DNA from: Nemertoderma westbladi
Lineage: Eukaryota > Animalia > Xenacoelomorpha
Length of the DNA stretch: 64,000 nucleotides
Reading direction: 5' to 3'
NCBI GenBank assembly: GCA_032718475.1
Contig: JAUCBJ010001639.1
Coordinates: forward strand, 28,672-92,671
Below are positions 53,437-64,000 of the stretch, in pieces. The first letter of the stretch is position 1. Every line of letters begins with the position of its first letter. Position numbers and translations under genes: made by a program. Under the pieces are notes generated by a model that did no database searches, was not told the DNA's origin, and saw only the letters and a program-made list of their open reading frames with translations.

Positions 53437-55694
53437 CTAGAAAGTCATTTCCTAAAGGAAATGCAACCACGAAGCTAAGGAAAATTAAACAAAGGGCCAC
53501 AATTTGGTTTGTTGCTTAGTCTAGTTTAGTAGCATTTGCCAATAAATAACTTCTATTCCCATGGAAACTAGAATTCTCTGGAACTGTTGGTTTTACCTTT
53601 GAAAAAAGATTCAGTCCAGCTTGTGGTTCAGATAACACATATACCGAGTTTCAGAAATTATTGTAGTTTATGCCCAAATTACCGATTTTCTATCAAAATG
53701 CATCTGTTTGCAGTGGTTGTCATGGAAACTGAAAAATAGAATAATGTAATTCGGATGCAGAATAAGTCATATAGTGGGGGTAGGTCTTGGTCCCAAGTCA
53801 TAATACTATTAACTTGTGTTTCAAATTATCATTTTAGAAATTTTAACATCTGTTTAGTCTTGTTGCTATGGTAATTGGATTGTGTAATTAACCTCGAATG
53901 GATTGTATATGGACCTTACAGATGAGTTGCAAAACCCCAAATTTATATTTATTACATTATTTTGCTATAAATAGAGTATTGAATTTAGACTTGAATGATA
54001 TAGACTTTAATAAACTCCAGTTACCATGGTAACAAGATATTTCTGGAATGTTTTCAGTTTCACTAAAAGTTCCAACTAAGGGTCCAGATAACACATTCCC
54101 AGTTTCGTAAAATTTTATCGCGAAGTCTATGTCCAAATGAGTTATTTTTGTATAAAAACATCTGTTTTCAGCGGTTGTCATGGTAACTGCAAAATTAAAC
54201 AATGAAATTCGGACGCAGAATAAGTCATATAGTGGGGGTAGGGGTTGGTCCCAAGACATAGCACCTTAACCTTAGGCTTCAAATTAACATTTTATAAATT
54301 TTAACATCTGTTTAGCCCGGTTTCCAAGGTAACTGGATTTTCTATTCAACCTCAATCGGCTCAACACAATATAAAAACGTTAATTGGATGCAGAATAAGT
54401 GATATAGTAGGGGTAGCGGTTGGTCCCAAGTCGTAATATGTTAATGTTATGGCTTAAGTAACTATTTTATAAATTTGAACATCTGTTTATCCTGGTTGCC
54501 TGTTAACTGAATTTTCTAATTGACCTCAATAAGCGCAACTATTGTCCTTACAATTGAGTTGAAAAATAAATATATAAATATATATCTATTATGGTTGTTG
54601 TACAAATAGAGTTAATAATATAGACTTTAATGTAATAGATTTTAATAAATTGCAGTTACCATGGTAACTAGATATTTCTAGAAGTTTTGAGTTTTTCAAA
54701 AAGTTCCAAATAGGAGTCCAGATAACACATACCCAGTTTCAGAGAATGTTATCGTTTAGTCTATCTAAATGAACAATTTTTGTGTCAAATCATCTGTTTT
54801 TAGCGGTTGCCATGGAAACTGAGAAATAGAACAACGTAATTCGGATGCAGAATAAGTTATATAGAGGGGGTAGGGCTTGGTCCCATCTCATAATACCTCT
54901 TACTTTTGCTTAAAATTATCATTTTATACATTTTAACGTCTGTTTAGCCTGGTTGCCATGGTAACATGATTTTTAATTTGTCTTAATCTGCTCGACTATG
55001 GCCCTTATAGTTGACTTGAGAAATCCCAAGTTTATTTATATTACAGTTTTGCTACAAACAGAGTTAATGAATATAGACTTGAATGATATAGATTTTAATA
55101 AACTCCAGTTACCAAGGTAACTAGATATTTCTGGAATGGTTTGAGTTTCACTAAAAGTTCCAACTAGTGGTCCAGATAACACATATCCAGTTTCGTAAAA
55201 TTTTATTGCGAAGTCTAGGTCCAAATGAGTAATTGTTGTATAAAAACATCTGTTTTCAGCGGTTGTCATGGTAACGGCAAAATAGAACAATCAAATTAGG
55301 ACGTAGAATAAGTTATATAATGGGGGTAGGGGTTGTGTCCAAGTCATAACACACCTTAGGCTTCAAATTAACATTTTATAAATTTTAACATCTGTTTAGC
55401 CCGGTTGCCAAGGTAACTGGATTTTCTATTTAGTCTCAATCGGCTCTGCTATGGACCTTATAGTTGAATTGAGAATTTTTCCCAGACATGTGACCTATCC
55501 CACACGATGCGCCTTGATGAGTAGTATATATATGCAAAATTTCAGGGTACAGTACTTTTAAAGGCTAGTTTTTTCCGGAATAAAAAAACACTAAATCTGC
55601 CTCACACAAGTAAAATAGCCCACTTTGAATAGACCATCTCAGCTAAGGAAAATTTTTCTTAGCGAAAGTAGTTGATTTTCCTTAGCTTCGTGGA
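53437..55694 (-). mobile_element. Non-autonomous Helitron family A, copy 4 (expanded internal modules)
   Basis: A|TCCACG ... hairpin CTAG|T; 2.26 kb versus 0.95-1.27 kb for the other copies, owing to extra ~465-bp modules. Confidence 0.87.
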
Positions 55695-55869
55695 TCAGAC
55701 TTCATATTATCAGACATTTGTTTAAAAATCTGATCATTTATCTGTAAATAACGGTAGGTGCTAATTGGGGTTGGTTGCATTCAGTGGGGAATCATGTTTA
55801 TGCATTTGGGGCTGATGGAAACATACAGTACATTGGATGGGTGGTGATTGGATGGTGGGTGGTTTAAAC

Positions 55870-56300
55870 TCTGCGGGGCGAGCGACGAAAGTAAGCGAGC
55901 TTAGCATACGAGTACCACTAACTCAATCGGTTTGTCTGTTGCTCTATCGATCTGTTGTTCTGTCGATCTGTTGTTCTGTTGTGTCCAATTTTAAACGTTA
56001 ATAACTCAGCCAAATGTTAATGAAATTTAACCAAACTTTGTACACATGTAGTCTGGCCAAAGTTTAGAAATTTTCCAAGTTGAATTTCCGTGTGGCCTTC
56101 GAGAAGCTAAGATAATAGCAGTTAATTAGTTAATTAAGTTGATTAGGGTAACATCAGCAATTTCAACCTGCCTCTTAAAGGATATTACTTATTTTCTAGT
56201 ATAAGATTTAAATAATTAAACGTACAAAATATACAGCTGTAATCCCCATACACCCTTCCATTATAGTTTTTAATTAGTTCAAGAGATTTGCTTTAAATAA
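55870..56300. mobile_element. Possible Helentron/DINE-like element
   Basis: gcgagc..gcgagc start, tctgttg micro-repeats, aaactttgtacacatg motif; ends unresolved. Confidence 0.3.
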
Positions 56301-56814
56301 ATGTGTTTTTAATTGATCTAAACGTAATTAAGTTATCAAAATGCCACCGTATATCTATACTTCGAGCTCCCTCATTCATATCGCCTAGCCTATCTGCTGG
56401 CGCTGCTGGGAACCATAGTCCCATCACCTCAGCACTACTTGGCAACGGGTAATTACATCAATAGGACATAGCCACTACAGTAGTATAAGGTACCAGACTA
56501 ATAAGTCAGCTTGCTTTATCTGGCTTTCATTAATCCTCTGTGCTCCTTTGGGTTGGGGTGGTGCAGATTAAGAGGGCGGTTGAAGCAAGGGGGGGGGGGG
56601 GGGGGGGGGATCCTCTCTTCTTTGATTTATTCTTATTGGCGTTTTGGTTAAATTTTCTTAATTATTTATTTAAATTTCTTAAGTACCGATTTTGCGATAG
56701 AATTACTCAATTTTAATCTCTATCTAATAACTGAGCCTCGTCCTGCGCGATGGCCCCACGAACGTGTTTTGTGGTACGGTTGGATTTCTAATTTATTGGT
56801 CATTGTCGTAATTT

Positions 56815-56915
56815 AGTGGTGCAGTTTTGTTAGGGTAGGGGTGGGGTTCGTGGCAAACTGCTGATGAGGAGAACCACGAATCCCAGGGTTCAGTGTTTAA
56901 ATCTCCGAAACCCTT
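56815..56915 (+). ncRNA. Type III-like hammerhead ribozyme with loop I-loop II complementarity; probably inactive (GUG at cleavage site)
   Basis: Helix I cagttt/aaactg, CTGATGA 56861-56867, helix II ggaga/tctcc, GAAA 56907-56910, short helix III ggt/acc; loops ggggttcgtgg and ccacgaatccc are complementary. Confidence 0.6.
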
Positions 56916-57439
56916 TTATTTTTATAAAATTTATTACTTAGAGTTACCTTTTCGGCGGACAAAATGTCCTATATTTTTCGTAATTTATGGGATAGCCTAT
57001 TTCGTGCAATACTTACCGGAACATGTAGTTACTGTATGGTTTGGTGTAGTTTTTCTTGTGGTAGTTGGGTTGGGGTATGTAGCACTAAAATCGATTTGGT
57101 ATTTTGTTTTTTAATGGGCCTTAGTGCCAGAGTACTAACAGTGGCCCTAAATGCTAGGTAGAATCTGAGGGAAAAAGACCCCATGTCCTATTTTATTGTT
57201 TTCATATTAATATCACAATCCCTCTAAAGTCGTGGTTGTCTAACGCAATAATTTTTATTGTCCGTTTAAATCACTCATGATGTTCTTTTTTTGACTTTTT
57301 TTGTCCTCCAGAAATTTACCGTTAGGTTCCATGCTACCGGTTTCTCTACTGCTGTTCTACTGCTGTTCTACAATAAATCCTGTCCCTAATGACCACTAAT
57401 CCTTATCCTCTTCCCAATTTCCTATAATAACAATTAAGA

Positions 57440-59648
57440 TTTTTTAAGTAGATATTAAATACATAGGCCTAATGTATGCCTAATGCAAAAAATTAGTGTG
57501 CTGTGCCGGCTTATCAACAAAATTGCACCGCCACAACTCCCTATCACCCATGACATTTGCTAGATCATCCGCATCTTCAAGGCCAGTGTCCTATAAGATG
57601 CGTCTGAAGAAAGTCATGGGCTGTCCACCATGCTTATTCACTCCATGAGGCTGCCAAAGTACAAGATTATGCACTGGCTGGTCATCACGGCGAAAGCCAT
57701 GTCCTGCAAAGCGGAGGCAATTTTGTTCTAGTGTCAAGCTTGGGGGAACCAATGAGACACCTCCAATGTTATATAGTGTCTGGTTGGAGATGTGTGCATT
57801 GTACTTGACACAGTGAACCCGGCGTAGCATTCTTGTGAATGTGCCATCCAGAGATTTGGTGTCTTCAGCAGTTAGAGCCCAGCATGGACTCCCATAGAGG
57901 AATACTGGAACTACTGCTGCTCTAAATAATCGGACCTTAAGTGTCCGATTAATTCTCAGTGACTTCCAAATCCTGGAAAGCCTATTCAAGGCTGCCCATG
58001 CCTTTCCATTACGTATTCGAAGGTCCTCACCTGACTTCCGGATCCATGATCCCAGGTAACAGAAGTCATCCACATGCTCAAGCATACCATCTTTTGAGCT
58101 TATGCTCATCCGATCAGAGACTTGCTGAGGACTTTGAAAATTAACTCTCAAAATTTTGGTTTTTCTGGAGTTAATAAAAAGACCAACACTAGAAGCAGCA
58201 TGTTCTAATGAGCTGAGGAGCCGTTGGGCTCCCTCTTGTGATTCTGAGAGTACTCCTAAGTCATCAGCAAAGTCTAGATCAGTTAGGTAGTTGGCAGGAT
58301 TTCCTCGACTTCTGGAGCCAGTAGGTGGAGTTATCATCACCGCATCATCATTATGATGATCTAAGGACATGCGTAGAACATAGTCAACCACAATAATGAA
58401 CAAGAATGGTGCAAGTGTGTCTCCCTGGAGGACGCCCCATAACACTTCAAATGGTTCTGTGTCACCGTCAACAGTAGACACAAAGGTTGTCGAACCATCG
58501 TATACTGATCTGATTGCTGCAATAATTTCATCATGAATCCCATATAATGAACGTATGCTAAACATATGAGCGAGAGACTGAATCAAAGGCCTTGAAGAAG
58601 TCAACAAAGATAATAGATCAATGAGTTTCCCCGAAAAGAACCATAGAGTGTTAGGTTGCCCTTCTTGGGAACTGGCACCAACTTATTTGTTTTCATTTCT
58701 TGTGGGACTCTTGTTGTCAGTACATGTCTACTATGATGGGATAGATGAGCTTTAAACACTCAGGTATTTTAAAGACCTCAGGGGGAACACCATCTACTCC
58801 ACTGGCACGATTTGTCTTAATGCTCTTTGCAGCAGCCTTCACTTCTTCAAAGGAGATATCACCAATGGGAATATCTGGGAGTACAGACTCAGACACTTTT
58901 ACTTCTATAAAGTTATCAGGCAATACCCTGTCATTATTGAGGAGCTTTTCAAAGTGGGCCTTCCAACCATTGAGGCGATTGGCTGGTGATTCAGCCTTAA
59001 CCTTGGTGGTTGGTTGGCTTTTTCGACCAGCAAGCAAGTTGATCGATCCTGGATGATTGCCTGCTGTCGTCAGCATCATTGATGGCATCAACCTGTTGGT
59101 TTATTAGCTCCTGTAAATTAACAGAGTACTGCCTGTTCAGGGACCTAGATGCAGCCTTAACTGCATTCTTGGCCGCTGTAGTCTGTTTGATTCGGGACTC
59201 TTTCTGCGCCTTGTAGAGGTCATTTCGGCACTTCTGAATTTTGTTGTCAGTCCAGGGGGCCCGTTTCCTGTTTCGAGGGTATACAGGAACTGTTTCTGCA
59301 GCTGCTAACTTAACTGCCTCTGTGAAGGCAGTATAGCCCTCACAGTGATCTGCCGCCTCAGAGGCAAGAACCTCACCTGTTGCTCAGCTGTAGTGTGACG
59401 CTGGATCTCACACTTGGCTGTTGCAACAGAGAGGACCAGTCATGCCGCGGCAAGGCAGATTTCGTTGTTCTGCTAGCACGCAGACTAAGTCTTACCTTGG
59501 CCACAATAAGGCGGTGATCACTGGAGAAGGGTCGTAGTGTAAATGCATTACAGTCTTGTATAGAGATCCTGTATTTCCTACGAAACAGGATATGGTCTAT
59601 CTGGGGCTTGTGACCACTGGGTCCACTATGAGTCCATAGCTTTCCAGA
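57440..59648 (-). mobile_element. 5'-truncated RTE-clade LINE
   Basis: APE end IDHIL..SDHRLIVA; ASGVDGVPPE; GVLQGDTLAPFLF, LDFADD, FCYLGS; ORF 57591..58607; RT N-terminal part replaced or deleted near 58610-58716. Confidence 0.88.
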
Positions 59649-59714
59649 GACGGGAATGTGGGAAGGTGGACGGGAATGTCAAAAGGTGGGATAATGTGGG
59701 AATGCCCTCCATTG

Positions 59715-60395
59715 GTAGATTACAACAGCATTTATTGCTTTGGTTAGAAAAGCCTTACTCTGTAACCTGCTGCTCCTTTAGCTCAATTGTTTGGTAACAA
59801 CGTCGTTTAATGTTTTTGATAGAAAAACCCGCCCATGTAACCTGCTCCTTTGCCTCAATTGCTAGGTAACAACATTGTTTATTATTTTGGTTAGAATAGC
59901 CCGCCTCTATAACCTGCTCCTTTAACACATTGGTAGATAACAACAACGTTTAGTGTTTTGGTTAGAATAGCATTATCCCGTACTCTGCTCCTTTCGCTGA
60001 ATTGTTGGGTAACAACATCGTTTATTGTTTTGGATAGAAAAACCCTCCCCTGTAACCTGTTCTTTCTCTCAATTGGTAGGTAACAAAAATGTAACTTGTT
60101 TTGGTCAGAATAGCCCGCCTCTGTAACCTGCTCCTTTTCATCAATTGATAGCCCAACACTCTAACCCGCTCCTTTCCGTCAATTGGTAGGTAAAAATTTA
60201 GTTTATTGTTTGGGTTAGAAGCGTCCTCCTCCCTAACCTTCTCCTATCCCTCAAATGATAAGCAACAACATATTTTATTGTTTTGATTAGAAAACCTTTT
60301 AGTAACAAAATTTAGTAACCTGCTCCTTTCCCTCAATTGCCAGGAAACAACAACCATCCTTTCCTCAATTGGTAAGTACCGGTAACAACAACAAC
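59715..60395. repeat. ~70-bp degenerate tandem repeat
   Basis: Units ttgttttggttagaa..ccgcctctgtaacctgctccttt..caattggtaggtaacaac, about 9 copies. Confidence 0.85.
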
Positions 60396-60736
60396 AACTT
60401 TATTTTTTTTTGGCTTTTTTTTATGTTATTTGTTTATCTTGTGGTTAGCCAATCACCATTAAGCTTTAGTTTCCTAACCACCACTCAATCATATCACTCT
60501 GCGATAAGAAGTGAGATATTTCATGAACACACTGAAGGGATCAGAGTTACAAAAGGGAGGGAGAACATCAATCGTATATATATAATTAATAATGAAGACT
60601 TTGCGTTCGACGAGCCACGTGCGTAGTAGCAAAGCTTTTGCGTAATGCCAGGGTCAGGGTCAACAATAATTGTAAATAGTTGTAAAATCATTCTGTCATA
60701 ATTAGTTAATTAGAATAGAAGATTTAAATAACTTAC

Positions 60737-60975
60737 CCGTGAACCAACAATACGGTGGGCACAGCAATCCTGGCGATTGAAGATTTGCACTAAACCAATA
60801 GTTAGGTCGTCATACCCAATATCAACCCACCACCATTCCTGCGGTAAAGTGGGGCGATCTCGAGTGTGGAAACAAGAACCTTTACGATAATTTGAGTTGG
60901 TATGGCCATCCACCCCTCGCGAAGCTGGAGTATGGTAGCTACTTATGCCTGTGGGTCTCAAATAGGCTAAGTTTC
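60737..60975 (-). CDS. F-type lectin (fucolectin) exon, N-terminal half of domain
   Basis: Acceptor tccAG| and donor CGG|GTAAGT; NLAYLRPTGISS..ASRGVDG..SCFHT..WWWVDIG..IFNRQDCCAHR carries the fucose-binding H...RxDxxxxR motif. Upstream exon(s) not identified. Confidence 0.92.
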
Positions 60976-61126
60976 CTGGAAATATTATATAAGCATAAGC
61001 CTGCTAATGTATTTGTGCGGAATTAATTTCGCAATATAAATTGCCACATAATGACATTTTCCCCCTCATGTGACTACATCACATGTGAACTACTAGATCC
61101 TTTCACTAGTTGATCCCTTTGTCATA

Positions 61127-61797
61127 TTGGACCCCTTGGACCAATTGTCACCTTGTACCCTCACCAGAGTGGACCCCTTTGTCACCAGAGTGAACCCCGT
61201 TGTCACAGTGGACCCCTTTGTCACCAGAGTGGACCCATTTTTAACAGTGGACTCCTTTATCACAGTGGACCCCTTTGTCACCAGAGTGAACCCCTTTGTC
61301 ACCAGAGTGGGACCCTTTGTGACCAGAGTGGACCCCTTTTTTACAGTGGACCCCTTTAACACAGTGGACCCCTTTGTCACTAGAGTGGACCCCTTTGTCA
61401 CCAGAGTGGACCCCTTTTACACAGTGGACCACTTTGTCACCAGAGTGGACCCCTTTTTCACCAGAGTGGACCCCTTTTTCTCAGTGGACCCCTTTATCAC
61501 AGTGGACCCCGTTGACACCAGAGTGGATCCCTTTGTCACCAGAGTGGACCCCTTTGTCACCAGAGTGGACCCATTTGTCACAGTGGATCCCTTTATCACA
61601 GCGGAGCCCTTTGTCACTAGAGTGGACCCCTTTGTCACCTGAGTGGTCCCCTTTTTACAGTGGACCACTTTGTCACCAGAGTGGACCCAATTGTCACAGA
61701 GGACCCTTTGTCACCAGAGTTTACTCCTTTGTTACCAGAGTGGACCCCTTTGTCACCAGAGTGGAACCCCTTGTCAAAGTGGACCCCTTTTTCACAG
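61127..61797. repeat. 21/18-bp minisatellite agtggacccctttgtcacc(ag)
   Basis: Seen directly; intronic relative to the lectin gene. Confidence 0.95.
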
Positions 61798-61814
61798 TCT
61801 AACAGGACCGCTCT

Positions 61815-62353
61815 TGTTAGCTTATTCAATCCCGCTAACACCCCATAAAGTTATGAGCCGATGAGCAATATTGGGAGCCACGAGATTGGGTAATTAACCA
61901 ACTCGTGCCATCCCAATAAGAGTGGGAAGGAAGCACACAATAGAGGGTCAGGGGCCAAACCCCCTAACCCAGAGAGAACAGGTGGAGTGAACGGGAACAC
62001 TCCACGGGGCGCCAACAAGGGTATCAACCAATCAGAGGGGGGCAAGGCATCGATTAGGTAGTAATTAGGCCAACCGTGTAATATAATCAGTAACCTATTA
62101 ATCAGTAATTCAGTTATCTCAGTGCAGTAGTGCTAGTATAGGTTAGTTAGTTTAGATAGGGGAGCACGGGACTTTAGTTACCGTATCCCGCCTTCCATAT
62201 ATTATACTATCATCAGATCATATCTATATCTTATACCAATTATATACAGCGAACATCAGAACTCATTTACCGTTTCCATTTACTCTTTACACACGGCGGG
62301 GACGCGTAAGCTAAACACCGGATAAACCGGGATCCCTCCTGGATCCCGTCACA
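61815..62353 (+). mobile_element. Putative 5' LTR
   Basis: TGT...ACA bounds, CCAAT near 62028, TATA-like element near 62080, immediately upstream of a Gag-like ORF; no TGG-type PBS seen; left boundary uncertain. Confidence 0.45.
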
Positions 62354-62421
62354 GTAACTAAATCAGCTGCCGCCCTAGACAAACTCAATAGCCACTAGCC
62401 ACCGAAATCTGCAGAAGAGAG

Positions 62422-64000
62422 ATGAGTCGGTCAGGTGACACGACACCGACGCGGACCCCGGACGAAGAGCTAACGATCCGCGAGGCCGCAACCAGGCGAT
62501 ACAGGCCCACGACGCCGGACCTATCGGTAACGGGCGAACCGGAAGTTCAAGGCGAGGGGAGCCTGGAACAAGAGGTCGAGCCAAGAGGAAGGGAGAGCGA
62601 GACGGAGGGAGACGGAGATGAGTCGACACGGGACGGAGATCGGCGCACCGATGTCGCCGGCCAGCTACGGGCCGAGGGCGACGAGCGGCCCACCGAAACG
62701 GCGACGGTGGGGCCGACGGTGCGACGCCGGACGCGAAGAGACGGAGGAGACATCGGTACCGATGTCGCCGGCCAGCTACAGGCCGAGGGCGACGGACGGC
62801 CCACCGGAACGGCGACGGTGGAGCCGCCGGTACGACGTCGAACCCGGAGGGACGGAGGAGAGGTCGGCGACGAGGACGTCGGGGTTTCAGAGCGACTTCG
62901 ACGGGCCTACAACGCGACCCGGAAGCTGATAAAGGACACCAAGAAGGAAGGGGCGAAGGTAGACGAGGTGAGACTGAGAAAGCGACTAGGTGAGTCGGAT
63001 AGACACTTTAATTACCTAATACGTTTTGGGCAGAGAGAACTAGCCGAGGGGAGAGCAAAAGGGGTTGCCGGCGAACTGTTTGAACTATGGGAGTGTGGGA
63101 GTATGGAACCTAGCGTAGCGCCAGTGTACATAGGGCCATACTTGGTCGATGCCCGGGGAGTAAAATTAGTGGGTTGGAGGGGAACCGAGGGGGGCGAATC
63201 CGAGGTTAACCCCGAGGATTCGGCCTCGTCGGTCGGAGAAAGTTCCGGGAAGCGGGGGAAAGTTAGTAGGTCGGGAAGGCGGAGGGGGTCCGTCGTAACC
63301 GATAAGTCTGCTACATCCTCCGCGAAAGAAAGAGTGGTGAGAGAGGCAGGTGCCGCGTACCGTCTCGAGCTGATAGAGCAAGGTCAGAGGGAAATGAATA
63401 AACGGCTAGAGGAGGGGAGAATCCGACTAGAGAGGGAAGCGGCATTGATTAGAGAAACCGGAGAGAGGGCCGAAAGGGCTTTGAGAGGCCTTAGGGAGTG
63501 TGAGGAAACAGAGGAAAAGGAGTGTAGGGAACGTGAGGCGAGAGAGGAAAGGGAGCGTAAAGAGCGCGAGGCGGAACGCAAGGAACGTGAGGCGAGAGAG
63601 GAAAGGGAACGCAAAGAGCGCGAGGCGGAACGCAAGGAACATGAGGCGAGAGAAGAAAGGGCACGCAAAGAGCGTGAGGCAGAACGTAAGGAGCGTGAAG
63701 CGAGGCGAAGGGAGAGTGCTAGGAAAGTAGTAGAGTTGGCTGAGCGGGACACGCGGGAGTGTGAGAGGAGAAGGACAGAAGCCGAGCGAGACCAGGAGGA
63801 ATTAAAGAGACGCCAAAGTGAGCTTGGGGAACATAGGGTTAGACGCGCGCACGAGCTGCGACTGGTGCGGGCGGGGGCGTCTGAGAGCGAGACAGGCTCG
63901 AGTATTTTAGAGGAGCCAGGGGCCGTGGATACATTTATTAATACCCCACTTACAGGGACCGCACGACAGACCCAAAACTGGTGTGACCGTACGGGCGGGG
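62422..64000 (+). CDS. Gag-like N-terminal region of an LTR retrotransposon (probably BEL/Pao), open to window edge
   Basis: Uninterrupted frame from ATG 62422 (MSRSGDTTPTRT...), 37-aa duplication, VNPEDSASSV motif and E/R coiled-coil repeats, same architecture as 5304..7130. Confidence 0.7.
   Translation, partial: MSRSGDTTPTRTPDEELTIREAATRRYRPTTPDLSVTGEPEVQGEGSLEQEVEPRGRESETEGDGDESTRDGDRRTDVAGQLRAEGDERPTETATVGPTVRRRTRRDGGDIGTDVAGQLQAEGDGRPTGTATVEPPVRRRTRRDGGEVGDEDVGVSERLRRAYNATRKLIKDTKKEGAKVDEVRLRKRLGESDRHFNYLIRFGQRELAEGRAKGVAGELFELWECGSMEPSVAPVYIGPYLVDARGVKLVGWRGTEGGESEVNPEDSASSVGESSGKRGKVSRSGRRRGSVVTDKSATSSAKERVVREAGAAYRLELIEQGQREMNKRLEEGRIRLEREAALIRETGERAERALRGLRECEETEEKECREREAREERERKEREAERKEREAREERERKEREAERKEHEAREERARKEREAERKEREARRRESARKVVELAERDTRECERRRTEAERDQEELKRRQSELGEHRVRRAHELRLVRAGASESETGSSILEEPGAVDTFINTPLTGTARQTQNWCDRTGG

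Larger units (their letters stand above)
52100..55830 (-). pseudogene. Penelope-like element RT remnant, interrupted by a MITE and a Helitron
   Basis: PQMHKHDSPL (~55800), TDIISNYTNIP (~53370), NFFQFGYKFYEQKLG|MG across the MITE, YRFHDD, LPFLDI..YIKP..ILNYNSAHP. Confidence 0.75.

Noticed and set aside
61093-61864. ORFs with TKGSTLV / SPEWTPL (Pol II CTD-like) repeats
   Set aside because: Translations of a 21/18-bp minisatellite with frameshifts; no support for coding.

Overview
AT-rich eukaryotic (most likely invertebrate animal) genomic DNA dominated by nested transposable elements; nothing prokaryotic and no CRISPR. One host gene is supported: a minus-strand F-type lectin (fucolectin) whose domain is split between exons 60737-60975 and 41421-41627 by a ~19.1 kb TE-filled phase-0 intron. 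The ~9.3 kb 39-bp satellite at 32170-41454 appears to be a tandem amplification of this gene's last codons plus stop (minus-strand unit FYEVRVYAHYSN*). Other content: four BEL/Pao LTR retrotransposon copies or fragments (one nearly intact with a single in-frame TGA); four copies of a non-autonomous Helitron carrying RFX X-box palindromes every ~155 bp; a second Helitron family; LINEs (CR1/L2-like, Proto2-like, RTE-like); a Penelope RT remnant; piggyBac, Sola-like and Harbinger-like MITEs; a BEN-domain pseudo-ORF; and three hammerhead-ribozyme-like motifs. All calls come from manual reading, and family names are from motif recognition rather than database searches.
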